Positions 51,116 to 63,192 of a DNA stretch of 64,000 nt are shown here, one piece after another. Origin of the DNA: Hydrolagus colliei. Its lineage: Eukaryota. A program made the position numbers and the translations under genes. The notes under the pieces were generated by a model that saw nothing but the letters and a program-made list of their open reading frames with translations, had not been told where the DNA came from and ran no database searches. Location: contig CM068743.1 in NCBI GenBank assembly GCA_035084275.1, forward strand, positions 40,734,001 through 40,798,000, read 5' to 3'. How positions within the stretch are numbered: position 1 is the first letter of the stretch; every line of letters starts with the position of its first letter.

Positions 51116-51226
51116 GTACAACTACAGCCCCACCACATTTCTCACTGGCTGATGTAGGGACAGAAGAATTCCTCCAGAAACTGACCTCTCAGATCACTCA
51201 GATGGTTTCTGCAAAGATCACCCAAG
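51116..51226 (+). CDS. OBSCN: Exon 36
   Basis: FSLADVGTEEFLQKLTSQITQMVSAKITQ. Confidence 0.92.
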
Positions 51227-51254
51227 GTAACTCTCAGACACTAAAGGTGTGCGT

Positions 51255-51570
51255 GGATTCCTGTAGCTCAGTGGTTAGAGCACTCGCCTTACAAGCAAGA
51301 GACCTGGGTTCAATTCCCATGGGTCAGGGCAAAACCTTGGGCAAGTTTCCTTACGCCACACACACACGACTGATAATAATCCCTCAAGAGAAAATATGAT
51401 AAATTGGTAATTTAAATCCACAACTGTTTGTGGGGACGCTGCTGTGTGCAATTGGCTGCTGCGTTTCGCTCACAAAATATGCAATTAATTCACTTTATAT
51501 TCTGTGAAACGCTTTGAGACACAGTCTAGAAAACGTGAAAAGTTCGATATTAAATGCATGGATTATTATT
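51255..51570 (+). mobile_element. tRNA-headed SINE, full length
   Basis: CCTGTAGCTCAGTGGTTAGAGCACTCGCC head. Confidence 0.88.
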
Positions 51571-52087
51571 ACATCACAGAATGTAAGGCAAAAGCGGCCC
51601 AAAATTTGGCCTATAAGATCACATTGTCTTTAGATGGCTTAGAATTCTGAGAAATTCTTATATTCAATCTGAATTCCTGGGGTCTTATAGTTGGAACATT
51701 TGCCTCAAAAGTAAGAAGAACTGGCTTTGTTTCCCAAACTGCAGACTGGTTTCCTTACTCTACACGCCTAACAGAAAGTAAGAACCTGGTTGTTAGTTGA
51801 TTGGCAGATCACTTTCTGGGGATACTATTCCCTTCAAAAATAAATAAATAATTTGACTACTAACTACTCAGTGAGTGTCTCAGGGTGTCCTGGCTAACGG
51901 TCTCTGGGATTAGCTGCCCCATTTCCCTACAAAATACACAAAAACATAAGAGTTTGCTGGACAAAGGAAGACCAAGGTCTTTCCATTTCCCTTTCCACAA
52001 TCCTGGCAGTCGCTTGTACATATCATGTATCAAACTATATATCGTATCCCCAGATATTATTTGCTAAAATAAATCTTCTCTAATTTG

Positions 52088-53592
52088 TAGGGTCCGTCGA
52101 TATGGAAAATTTTCCGATTAGATATATCGATGGGCTCATATCGAGATATACCGAAATATCGATATTTTCAGTTTTTTCGTACTGCGCATGCACGCGCGCA
52201 TTCGGAGTGCGCGCGCATCCCGGGCGCGCGCGCATACGGGGCCTATCTTCTCAGGAGGTAAATATCTTTCTCTCTCTGTGTCTCTCACTCTCTCCATCTC
52301 TGTGTTTTTCTGTCTGTGTGTCTCTGTGTCTCTCTCCCTCTCTCCTCTCTCACATTCCCCCCCATCTCTATCTATCTGTATATTATCACATCCACACCCC
52401 CCCCGCCGTCCCTCTCTCGCACCCCCCACCCCCGTCGTCTCTCACCCCCACCACCCCCCCAGCCGTCTCTCTCCCCCTCTTCCCCCCCCCCCCAGCCGTC
52501 TCTTTCTCCCTCCCCTCCCCCCCGCCGTCTCTCTCCCCCTCTCCCCCCCCAGCCGTCTCTCTCCCCCTCCCCCCAGCCGTCTCTCTCCCCCTCTCCCCCC
52601 CCAGCCGTCTCTCTCCCCCTCCCCCCAGCTGTCTCTCTCCCCCTCTCCCCAGCCGTCTCTCTCCCCCTCTCCCCAGCCGTCTCTCTCCACCTCCCCCCAG
52701 CCGTCTCTCTCCCCCTCCTCCCCCCCCAGCCGTCTCTCCCCCCAGCTGTCTCTCTCCTCCTCCCCCCAGCCGTCTCTCTCCCCCTCTCCTCCCCCCCCAG
52801 CCGTCTCTCTCCCCCACCACCCCCCCAGCCGTCTCTCTCCCCCTCTCCCCCCCCAGCCGTCTCTCTCCCCCTCTTCCCCCCCCCCAGCCGTCGCTCTCCC
52901 CCTCTCCTCCCCCCCCCCAGCCGTCTCTTTCTCCCTCCCCTCCCCCCCGCCGTCTCTCTCCCCCTCTCCCCCCCCCCAGCCGTCTCTCTCCCCCTCCCCC
53001 CAGCCGTCTCTCTCCCCCTCCCCCCAGCCGTCTCTCTCCCCCTCTCCCCAGCCGTCTCTCTCCCCCTCTCCCCAGCCGTCTCTCTCCCCCTCCCCCCAGC
53101 CGTCTCTCTCCCCCTCCCCCCAGCCGTCTCTCTCCCCCTCTCCCCCCCCAGCCGTCTCTCTCCCCCTCTCCCCCCCCAGCCGTCTCTCTCCCCCTCTCCC
53201 TCCCCACAGCCGTCTCTCCCCCCCCCCCAGCCGACTATCTCCCCCTCCCCCTCCCCCCAGCCGTCTCTCTCCCCCTCATCCCCCCCCCCAGCAGTCTCTC
53301 TCCCCCTCACCCCCCCAACCCCAGCCGTCTCTCTCACCCCCCCAGCCCTTGCATACCTGTATATTGTATTCGAGGACTGTGAATACAATATGGCGGCTTT
53401 GCACCTCGGTCTGTGCATTGTGTATAGAGATGAGCATTCTGGGTCTTGTAGTTCAGTGTGCTCACATCCCGATTTTTTACCTCGATATATCGTTTTTTCG
53501 ATATATCGATATTTTTGAAATGTCTATATCGGCATATCGATATGAAAATTATATCGGGTTTTATCGATATATCGATATATCGCCGGACCCTA
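52088..53592. mobile_element. hAT-type non-autonomous DNA transposon, copy 2
   Basis: Same TIRs; perfect 8-bp TSD CTAATTTG at 52080-52087 and 53593-53600. Confidence 0.92.
52392..53345. repeat. C-rich minisatellite, unit about CAGCCGTCTCTCTCCCCCTC(C)n
   Basis: Dozens of imperfect tandem units inside hAT copy 2. Confidence 0.92.
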
Positions 53593-53814
53593 CTAATTTG
53601 CTATTGAAACAATCAATGCTTTCTACTTTTACCATCTCCCCAGGGAGCTGGTTCATACATTCACTACTCACTCACTGAAATAGTATTTCCACAGATTTAT
53701 TTGGAATTCACACCCTAAATAGACAGTGAATCCAGTTGAGATGGGTTTCTGAGTGAAAGGCATTATACAACAGGCAGGGATTGTTCTTAGTGTAAAGTTC
53801 CTGTTGTCTCTCAG

Positions 53815-53954
53815 CTTCTCTCCGAGTCCCGGGAGCGGACAGTGATGATGAATCGAAGACTCCATCACCGTCTCCACGCCATGGGAGATCCAGACCTTCC
53901 TCTATCGTCAATGAATCCTCTTCTGAGTCTGAGGACGGGGAAACAAGAGGCGAG
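53815..53954 (+). CDS. OBSCN: Exon 37, Ser-rich linker
   Basis: LRVPGADSDDESKTPSPSPRHGRSRPSS...SESEDGETRGE; phase 1-0. Confidence 0.92.
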
Positions 53955-54277
53955 GTAGTGCCGGCTGTTTCTTATTCCTCATTTTCATTGTACAGTTGTT
54001 ATATTTTATAACAGTGTATTTGATCCAGAACTCGATCAGGTTAAAATGTCTTAAAGCACTTATAGAATCCCGAAAGGTGGCCACAAATATACAGTCAATT
54101 TTCCTACTTTTCTTCATCCTGCCCCGACCCTTCCCCCCTGCTCTTGTTCCTACCTAACTGTACAGCACCTTGGGATGTCCTCTTGATGTGAAAGATGCTA
54201 TATAAATGTAAGATTTGATTGATCATTTGGCCCATCGTGCCATTTGCTATCTCCTCCACTAGAGGGTAGTAAACCAA

Positions 54278-54515
54278 GAGTCCTGTAGCTCAGTGGTTAG
54301 TACCCTCACCTCGCAAACGAGAGATCTGGGTTTGGTTCCAGACAGGTCAGGGTGAAACCTTGGGCCAGTTTCCTTCCTCCACACACCTAATAATAATCCC
54401 TCAAAAAAATTGGTAATCTTCAATCCACAACTGTTTGTGGGACAACACTGTGCACAATTGGCTGCTGGGTTTGGCCCACAAATATACAGTCAATTCACTT
54501 TACAGTATATTCAGT
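54278..54515 (+). mobile_element. tRNA-headed SINE, 3' truncated
   Basis: Same family. Confidence 0.82.
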
Positions 54516-54669
54516 CACTCTGTTATACAAATGTAATTTTGCATTGTATTGTAGTGTGCTTGTCTTGGCGATACCATACAACCATAGAAAGCACACGGAC
54601 CAAGTATAATGCTCAGGTTAGAGACAATAATAGGTTGTTTCAATAAAACATTTCTCCGTCTCTTGGCAG

Positions 54670-54870
54670 ATATTTGACATCTATATGGCCTCAGCAGATT
54701 ATAACCCAGTACCTGCTGACAAGGAATCCATCCACCTGAAGGAGGGACAGTACGTGGAGGTTCTGGACTCTGCCCATCCTCTCAAATGGCTGGTGAGGAC
54801 CAAACCAACCAAGTCCACACCTGGCCGGCAGGGCTGGGTTTCGCCTGCCTACCTGGACAAAAGATTAAAG
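54670..54870 (+). CDS. OBSCN: Exon 38, SH3 domain
   Basis: [11 protein letters not shown]...EGQYVEVLD...GWVSPAYLD. Confidence 0.95.
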
Positions 54871-55012
54871 GTATTACAGCAGCAAAATTCTGGCATACTT
54901 ACCACTCACTCAGTATTGCTCCCTTCCTCCATGGAGAGAAAGAGGTGGAGGGTTGGCGCTCATGTTAAATATGTAACAATTCACACGGTAATGTGTGTGG
55001 CCAAACAGACTA

Positions 55013-55353
55013 CAGGTATCCCCCACTTAACGAAAGGGTTAGGGACTTCAAAACTCCTCGTTAAGTGAAAATTGCATTAAGCGGGCGGGAGGGAGGTCCC
55101 TACTGTGTTTCCATATATGAAAAAAATTATTCTCAGTAATACCTTGCGTCTAGCCTAGCGCCTAGCGCTAACATTTACAGTGTATCAGCGACAGCATAAG
55201 ATGGGTACTGGGTAGCACTGCTATTGAAGGCAGGGAGAGAGAGTTAAAGAAAAAGACTGAGAGAGAGAGATAGAGAGACAGTGAGATTGTGACAGCGAGA
55301 GACTCAAACAGAGAGAGAGAAAGAGACACAGAAAGAGAGAGAGAGCGCGACCG

Positions 55354-55394
<41 letters not shown>

Positions 55395-55718
55395 CACACA
55401 CACACACAGGGGGAGACTGAGACAGAGAGAGAGACTGAGAAAGAGAGAGACAGAGAGAAGGAGAGACAGACAGACAGACATCCTACCACTTAAGCTCCTC
55501 CCATACTGCAGCGCTTTCTCTTGGATTAGGTGGTGCTGCAGTAAGTGTGTGTATGTATGTGCGCTTGTGTCGCGGAGGCTGCCGGGAGACAAGAAGCGCG
55601 AGATTTAAACTTTCGTTATAGCAACGCAGCCTTCGCTAAGCACATAGAGGGTACAAATAGAAACCCTCATTATAGTGAAGTTTCATTAAGAGGGCGTTCG
55701 GTAAGCGGGGACCATCTA
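55013..55718. mobile_element. Tigger-like element containing a (GA)n-rich tract
   Basis: TA-CAGGTATCCCCCACTTAACG...CGGTAAGCGGGGACCATCTA-TA, imperfect TIR. Confidence 0.5.
55225..55480. repeat. (GA/GACA)n simple repeat
   Basis: Seen directly. Confidence 0.9.
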
Positions 55719-56372
55719 TATTATAGCTCACACATAGGCAGCCAGTCCCAATGTTCATACCACTCAACCACCCAATAGCTGTTCAACTCCTGTCTTGAAT
55801 TTGCTGCCACAGGCTGCCTCCCCCACTGCTCCTGATAGTGCGTTAATAATCCTTGAGGTTTAACAAACCTCTACCGTTATTAAACGTCAATTGTTTGTTC
55901 ACCCACAACAACATGTGTAGAAACATGTACATCATCCTAGTTCTTCACAACAACAGCCTGCTAATCCTGCATGTGCTGTCAATGGAAGCTGTATTTCTGC
56001 TGCTGGGAACAAATTTCCTGGAAAGCTTCTCACACTAAGAAATGCTCTTTGCACACATCTTTTCCCATATGTTATATAACAGAATTTTACTATATATTGT
56101 ACATACATTCAGCGCCTCTCACACCAGCAGGATGTCTCAAACTACTTAACACACATGGTGGGCACTTGAGTGGGTGTGTGTGGGGAGAGTGGGGGAAAGA
56201 TGGTTAAAAGGGCAGTCAAACAGTTAAATCTGAAGAGGGATTGTAAATGTAAGGATGGAGGCAGGTGAATCGAAGGGATTTCGGGATGGAGTTCCAGAGA
56301 GCAGGGGCAGAGTGGTTGAAAGTTCCTCCTCTTTCAGTGACCTTGAATTGAAACAGTTTTTCTTATTGACAG

Positions 56373-56452
56373 TTGTCACCCGAAGTCGCAGTGGACAGCC
56401 TGGAATTCCTGGGGGAGGTGGTATCAGAAGATGAATACAAGAAAAAGCTATA
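56373..56452 (+). CDS. OBSCN: Exon 39, SH3-DH linker
   Basis: LSPE...LEFLGEVVSEDEYKKKL; phase 0-2. Confidence 0.88.
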
Positions 56453-56678
56453 GTGAGTACATTGGCTTCCATGTCCCACTGCATTGCCAGCCATTAGGGC
56501 TAGTTCTGCCGATCATTAGACTAGAAGGATCAAGAATTTGCAGAGTCTAATGCTGGTCTGTATTGAATCAGCTAATGTCAGCAAGCGTGATTAAGTTGCC
56601 ACAATTGGCCTGAGCAGGTTGAAGGGGAATGTATTGAGAGTGAAGTGTGGATTAATACCTCGCGTTTTCTCTTCACAG

Positions 56679-56852
56679 CTGCCTTGTGCAGGATCTGATT
56701 ATATCGGAGGAGGAGTATGTTAGAGACATGCAGTTCTTTGTCAAACACCATGTAAAACACACAGAGACCAGTCCTGATGTCCCACTCTCGGTTGTGAATG
56801 CCAAAGGAGATTTATTTCGGAATATTAATGAAATTGCGGATTTCCACTTCAG
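56679..56852 (+). CDS. OBSCN: Exon 40, RhoGEF (DH) part 1
   Basis: VQDLIISEEEYVRDMQF...LFRNINEIADFH. Confidence 0.92.
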
Positions 56853-56916
56853 GTTGGTATGATAGAGGTTTGCAGTCAATGAAGATGAATTTGGAAAACA
56901 CTCTCTCTCTCTCTCT

Positions 56917-57239
56917 ATAATAATAATCCTTGCATTTGATATTGTGCTTTTCACATCTTCTAGATGTCTCAAAGTGCTTCACAGGATATACTGTAAAGTG
57001 AACTGACGATGTATTTTGTGGGCGAAACTTGGCAGCCAATTGCGCACAGCAGCGTCCCCACAAACCAGTTATGAATTTACATGATCAATTCATTATTATT
57101 TTTCTTGAGGAATTATTATCAGGCGCGCATGCATATGGAGTAAGGAAACTCGCCCAAGGTTTCACCCTGACATGCTGGGAATCGAACCCTGGTCTCTTGC
57201 TTGCAAGGCAAGTACTCTAACCACTGAGCTACAGGACTC
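56917..57239 (-). mobile_element. tRNA-headed SINE, full length
   Basis: Same family. Confidence 0.88.
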
Positions 57240-57358
57240 CACAGGCCTCAGCCTTACCCCCTCCTTCCCCATTTTCAGGTCACACCTGAATACGTTCCTC
57301 TTGGCACTGTCAAGCGCACAAATATTTGCCGACTGAGAATTTGTCTGTTTTGTTCCAG

Positions 57359-57518
57359 CACCTTCCTGAATGATCTGAGGCAATGTCAGACAGACGATGA
57401 CATAGCTTTGTGTTTCATCCAGAACAATGATGGGTTTGATAAATACCTGCAGTACCTGGTTGGAAGGGTACAAGCCGAATCTCATGCTACCAACCCAGCT
57501 GTCCAGGAGTTCTATAAT
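57359..57518 (+). CDS. OBSCN: Exon 41, DH part 2
   Basis: FLNDLRQCQTDDDIALCF...VQEFYN; phase 2-0. Confidence 0.92.
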
Positions 57519-57588
57519 GTAAGTATCTTTCAGTGAATCACACTGTTCAGTTACTAATCCAGATTCAGCTATATTGCAGACTCAGTAA

Positions 57589-57907
57589 AGTCCTGTAGTT
57601 TAGTGGTTGGAGCACTCACCTGAGAAGCGAGAGACCAGGGTTCAATTCTAGGCCAGAGCAAAACTTTGGACAAGTTTCCTTACTCCACATCCCTACCTAA
57701 TAATAATCCCTCAAAAAAAATTTGGTAATTTCAATCCATGGCCCAGGTCTCTCTTAGTGGGGATGCTGCTGTGTGTAATTGGCTGCCGCGTTTTGCCCAC
57801 AAAATATACAGTCAATTCACTTTACGGTATATTCTGTGAAGCGCTTTGAGACACAATTTAAAAGACGTGGAAAGCACTATATCAAATGCAATTTTTAGTA
57901 TTATTAT
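57589..57907 (+). mobile_element. tRNA-headed SINE, full length
   Basis: Same family. Confidence 0.88.
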
Positions 57908-58058
57908 TAAATCGATGACTGAGGTATTGAACCACACAGATCAGGAAGGTTCCTCTGGGAGGTGAGCAGGAACTTCCTGGAGGTGAACTGGCTCTGAGGT
58001 GACTGAACGCCATGTCGGAATGGAGTTGTCTTGCTTACAGCTTGTGTTGTTTCCTCAG

Positions 58059-58175
58059 AAATATGCGGAGGAGGTGTCAGTCACACACGGCTCAGCCGAG
58101 ACTCCTGTGTTGTCCGTAGACGCTTACCTGGAAAACCCGCCCAACAGACTCCTGAAATACCAATGCGTTCTGAAG
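58059..58175 (+). CDS. OBSCN: Exon 42, DH part 3
   Basis: KYAEE...YLENPPNRLLKYQCVLK. Confidence 0.92.
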
Positions 58176-58804
58176 GTGATCAATGTTTTGCACGACCAAA
58201 TAATCGGTTTTGGTACAGTGCCTCATCACTTCCTTTTACGTCACCTCACCTAGAAAGTGAAACATTTGGTTTATATTTTGCAACTAGTCTATTACATCCC
58301 CGCTTCCCCCCCCCCACCCCCCCCGCACACACACCATACCACCTCCACAACAAATCATTTATACGTATACCTAACTGCATTAAATAGACCAGATTTTCTT
58401 ACACAGGACCTTTCTAAGGAACCATGTGCTAGTATTCCTGGCAGAGTTTTGCTGTGAGTTATGCTGTTCAGCTTGTGCCAGAAGCCACCATTAGTCACAA
58501 GATCCAGGATTTTGATGTTCTGACACTTCAGGATGTCTCACTATCCTGGAGTTTGGATTCCATTTGATGGATCAAGACTTCAGGGAGAGATTCCCAAGGG
58601 ACCCTTCTCCTGTCGTGTCTGCCATGAAACACAGTTAATCCCAGACTCCACCGTCTGCGTACTCAGCCACACTAAACTCCATACCTGCCTCACACCGGGC
58701 TCCATTGTAGCCAGGCTCCATATGACTCGCCACCCTGTGTGAAGAGTGCAAGTTGTTGTTGTTGGTGAAGTAAAACCACTATGTCCTACCCTGATTACCC
58801 CAGT

Positions 58805-59006
58805 CCTTGGCAAACTGCACTGGCTCCCTGTCACAGAGCGGGTTGACTTCAAGTCTTGTTTTTAAATCCCTCCACTCCTCTGCAGCTCCCGACCTCTCTA
58901 ACCTCCCCTCTCCTCACTGCTGTACCCACTGCCTCCGCTCTACTGGGTCTGGCCTCCTCCTTGTCCCCGAATCCTCTGCTCCACCATCAGCGGCCGTGCC
59001 TTCAAC
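58805..59006 (+). mobile_element. L2 LINE fragment running into the gap
   Basis: CTGCACTGGCTCCCTGTC...GGCCGTGCCTTC. Confidence 0.8.
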
Positions 59007-59185
59007 NNNNNNNNNNNNNNNNNNNNNNNNNNNNNNNNNNNNNNNNNNNNNNNNNNNNNNNNNNNNNNNNNNNNNNNNNNNNNNNNNNNNNNNNNNNNNN
59101 NNNNNNNNNNNNNNNNNNNNNNNNNNNNNNNNNNNNNNNNNNNNNNNNNNNNNNNNNNNNNNNNNNNNNNNNNNNNNNNNNNNNN
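59007..59185. other. Assembly gap (179 N)
   Basis: N run; intronic, and the DH reading frame is continuous across it. Confidence 0.97.
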
Positions 59186-59233
59186 TGATTGGACTTTTAT
59201 TCGCTTTACGAAGGAAAGATTTGTCTTTTTCAG

Positions 59234-59398
59234 GAATTGATTCGGAATAAAGCAAGAAACAACAAAAACTGTGCTTTGTTGGAAGAAGCTTACGCTGTAG
59301 TGTCTGCCCTGCCCAGACGCGCTGACAACAGCCTCCACGTCTCAATGATTGAGAACTACCCAGGCACCTTAGAATCTCTCGGTGACCCCATCAGACAG
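59234..59398 (+). CDS. OBSCN: Exon 43, DH part 4
   Basis: ELIRNKARNNKNCALLEEAYAVVS...GDPIRQ. Confidence 0.93.
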
Positions 59399-60577
59399 GT
59401 AATCTCCTCAGCACCTTCTCTTTGCCTAAACAATAATAAACAATCATTGTATCTGATACAGGTTCCCACCTCATCACCAAAACCTCTCAAAGCACAAGGT
59501 TTGATGGGTGAAAGATCAACGTCCACTAACAGCCTTGAAATGAACAACTAATTTTCAATCTGAAAATAAAAAAAAGTTTGGGATAACTTGACTTCAGACT
59601 TGACTTCATTAGTGAAAACTATATCTTCCATATCTATAATGTAACAAAAATTGTGTTTTTTGTAAGAAGAATAGGTAGAATATTCAATTAGAGTGCTCTA
59701 GTCTCAGGAACTCTACCCTAGACTCCCTTCACTTTACACCTTTCCTCACCTCCTCCATTGTTCACCTCAAGACTTTACTCTTCCATCCATCTTTCTCCCT
59801 TCCAACCTGAACTCCCAGTTCGGGTGTGAATCCTAGACTGTCCAGTCAGTGCCTTGGGATGTGCTCCTGACTTCAAGAGCACTAGGTAAATTTGATTTGC
59901 TGTTTGTTGTGTAAGATGGCATGCTGCAAGAATCTGCTGCTGTGTTTGTGAGACACAGGTCTATGCTCAAACTCACATAACACCAGCCACTCGGTGTGTT
60001 CATCGCAAAATGTTGGCCCCGTGTGTTCGGCCAACACAAATTTACAGCCTTTGGCCTCCCCTTCTCTCCCACACCCCACCGGCCTCCACTGGTTTCACCA
60101 TGGACACTGCAGTCTCCCGCTGCACTGCTTGCTGTTAGTGACAAATGGATAAAATGTTGACTGATCATGTTTCCAACTAATATACATTCATTCACCGTGT
60201 TGTAGCTTCATTAAGCTTTTCAGGAAATAATACTTTTGAGAAAGCAATATCTCGGGATTCAGTACATAGTCTGGGACCTGACCTGGCAACAACAACAACA
60301 ACAAAATTCCATTACAGAGCACCTTTCATGTCAGGAGGATGTCCCAAGGTGCTGACATGCAGACATAACAAGCCGAAGTAGTGGAAGATGAACTGGATGG
60401 ACCTTGGTCTTTGGTTTAGCAATTCTTATATTCTGATGATCTAAGACTGAAGGTTGGGTCTGTAAAACCGTCTGGTAAATCAATTGACGTTACGCGGCTG
60501 AAGTGAAGTCTGCTATTCTGTTTTTAATGGTGCAAAACCTGCCAATAAGCTGAATCCCTGTGGGTTTTGTTTTTCAG

Positions 60578-60736
60578 GGACACTTCATTGTGTGGGAGGG
60601 AGCTCCTGGAGCACGCTTGTCTTGGAAAGGTCACAAGAGAAACGTCTTTCTGTTCAAGAACCACGTCCTGATCTGCAAGCCCAAAAGAGACAGCAGGACT
60701 GATACGCAGAGCTACGTCTTTAAAAATCTAATGAAG
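60578..60736 (+). CDS. OBSCN: Exon 44, PH part 1
   Basis: GHFIVWEGAPG...YVFKNLMK. Confidence 0.93.
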
Positions 60737-61511
60737 GTTGGCACATTCCCCGCACTGCACATACACTTTAGACATGACAACTTTTGGAATGTTAATTCAT
60801 GCAAAACGTGGAGTGTGGCCTAGACTATATGAGCAAAGATTCTGACCAGGATCTTGAACCTTTCTGACTCGGAGGCGAGAGAGAGCGCCAGGCTGACACC
60901 ATAATAATATTTTAAAAAATACATCATAATAATAATAATCCTTTGATTAATTGGATAATCAAATAACTATTTGATACAGCTCCTTGTCACATTATCGAGT
61001 CATCTCAAAGCGCCATACTGGAAAGTGAAGTGACTGTGTTTTGTGGGAGAAATGCAGCAGCAAATTCTGCACAGCAGTGTCCCACACACTGTCGTGGATT
61101 GAGTGACCTTATTACTATATCATAATTATATTATTCTATGTAATACAAGTCACAAAATCCTTTGAAGATTATTGTGTACATAGAATATTTTCTTTTCCTT
61201 TGACAAGAAGTATGTGAGGAGTTCTTAGTCAGGTTCAGCTCAGCTGCTGCTTTCGGCATTTCCACTTGCTGCCGCCTCACCTCTATCTCTACCTCTGTTT
61301 TCCTCCTTCCTGACCATAGCAGGAAGTCAACACAATAAATGGTGGTGAAGGACTTTGTTGTGTCTAAAATGTTTAAAAGGAGCGAAAAGAATAATCTCTT
61401 TACGTTTCTAAACGGGCAAATCTTTATAAACAGTAGATTTGATTCAGGATTTCCTAAATCCTCGTCAAATATAATTTTTTTCTTAAAACACCTACGTTTA
61501 TCTCCCCGAAG

Positions 61512-61689
61512 CTCACAAACATTGATCTGAATGACATGGTGGAGGGCGACGAAAGGTCCTTTGAAATCTGGCACGAGCGCGAGGATTCTGTGCGTAAATA
61601 CACCCTGCAAGCCCGGACCGTCAACACAAAAACCTCGTGGGTGAAAGACATGTGTGGTATCCAACAACGCTTCTCTCTGCATGATTGGA
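61512..61689 (+). CDS. OBSCN: Exon 45, PH part 2
   Basis: LTNIDLNDMVEGDERSFEIW...SWVKD; AAG acceptor. Confidence 0.92.
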
Positions 61690-62062
61690 GTAAGTGGTGC
61701 CTGGCCAGGGCTCAAATTCTGATTTACGAGTTATTCCTTTCTTAACCATCATGCGTCCTGTAAACCCTGCAAGTCAAAGCCCCAACACATTAGGCAGCTT
61801 TACATACAAGTGTCATTTGTTATTTTGTTGCTGTTGTATGAATAATAATAATAATAATCCTGGCATTTGATACAGCGTTTTTCACGTCTTTTGGACGTCT
61901 GAAAGTGCTTCACACAATATACTGTAAAACAAATTGACTGCTATACAAGTCTAATGTTGTATATATTTGTGGGCAAAACGCAGCAGCCAATTGCACAAAC
62001 AGTCATGGGTTGAAGAGACTTTGTTATTGTTATTAATGAAGGATACTGTGTGCGCGTTTTAG

Positions 62063-62176
62063 ATCCCCCACAATTTGTGGAGAACTTGGCGGATTGTACC
62101 CCTGAGGTGGGAGAGACTGTGAAGCTGGCCTGTCAGGTAGTCGGGAATCCCAAACCTGGTATCACCTGGTACAAAG
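62063..62176 (+). CDS. OBSCN: Exon 46, Ig N-half
   Basis: PPQFVENLADCTPEVGETVKLAC...WYK. Confidence 0.92.
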
Positions 62177-62269
62177 GTAACCACTCTGCCTTTCTCTGGA
62201 TATGTCACAGCTAATGTTTTACAATATCAGCTCAACCAAATGAATGATTAACTACTTATTGCTCGACTG

Positions 62270-62360
62270 ACCGACTGACCCACAGACTGACTGACTGACC
62301 GACCCACTGACTGATTGACTGACTGACCCACTGATTGACCCACTGACTGACTGACCGACT
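62270..62360. repeat. (ACTG)n-type simple repeat
   Basis: Seen directly. Confidence 0.88.
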
Positions 62361-62496
62361 TTTGACCAAGTAAGAAAATAATCTGGCGTCTTTTGAAAAG
62401 GAAATTGTACATTGCTGTGTATTGGAGATATTTTAGAACAACAGAACCATTGACAATGTGTGTATGTGTGTGTGTGTTTGAATGTTTTGTAACTAG

Positions 62497-62664
62497 ATGG
62501 CAGAGCTGTGGAAGTGGATCGACATCATATCGTCATAGAGGATGAGGATGGCTCGTGTACCCTGATCCTGGACACCCTGGCCGCTGCCGATTCAGGACAG
62601 TACATGTGTTTTGCAACTAGCACGGCAGGGAACGCCAGCACTCTGGGAAAGATTGTTGTACAAG
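62497..62664 (+). CDS. OBSCN: Exon 47, Ig C-half
   Basis: GRAVEVD...DSGQYMCFA...KIVVQ. Confidence 0.92.
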
Positions 62665-62754
62665 GTAATAAGGGCGCTGTTCCTGTATGCTGATGACAAA
62701 CTTGGAACGGATTTGGTTGGGATCATTTTGTACAAAGTGTTGTAATGCCCCCTC

Positions 62755-63070
62755 TGACCAGCAGGCTCTGGCCTGCTCCATGTCCCCCAACCCACCCGCC
62801 TCACCATTGGGTGGCAGCGTTTAGCCACTCTGTCCCCCAAACTCTGGAACTCCATCCCGCAATCCCTCCGCCTCGCCACCTCCCTGGCCTCCTTCAAGTC
62901 TTGTCTCAAGACTCTCCACTTCGATTGAACCATTGGCAACTCCTACTCCCTCCCTTCCCCTCACCTCCAGTCCTCAGCTCGGGTCTGAAACAGTGACTGT
63001 CCAGTGCCTTGGGATGTCCTCCTGGCGCGAAAGGTGCTATACAAATGTAATTTTGTTGTTGTTGTTGTAA
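62755..63070 (+). mobile_element. L2 LINE 3' fragment
   Basis: Same 3' end and (TTG)n tail. Confidence 0.82.
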
Positions 63071-63192
63071 TGTGGACGCCACTCACCTTATCTTTACTGG
63101 TGTATCACTGGAGATCAATGAAACGGAGATTAACCCTGAGAACCTGCCAGGAAGACATCGTCAGTAACTGATATTGTTGTCATACCCTCCAG

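Noticed and set aside
51255-51330. tRNA genes
   Set aside because: These are SINE heads: anticodon loops vary between copies, there is no acceptor stem or poly-T terminator, and the SINE body follows.
52102-53678. Long Pro-rich and Gly/Arg-rich ORFs on both strands (also 2047-2794)
   Set aside because: All frames are open because the C-rich minisatellite lacks stop codons; they lie inside a TIR/TSD-bounded element.
59007-59185. Exon hidden in the N gap
   Set aside because: Exons 42 and 43 join in phase 0 with a continuous DH sequence; the gap starts inside an L2.
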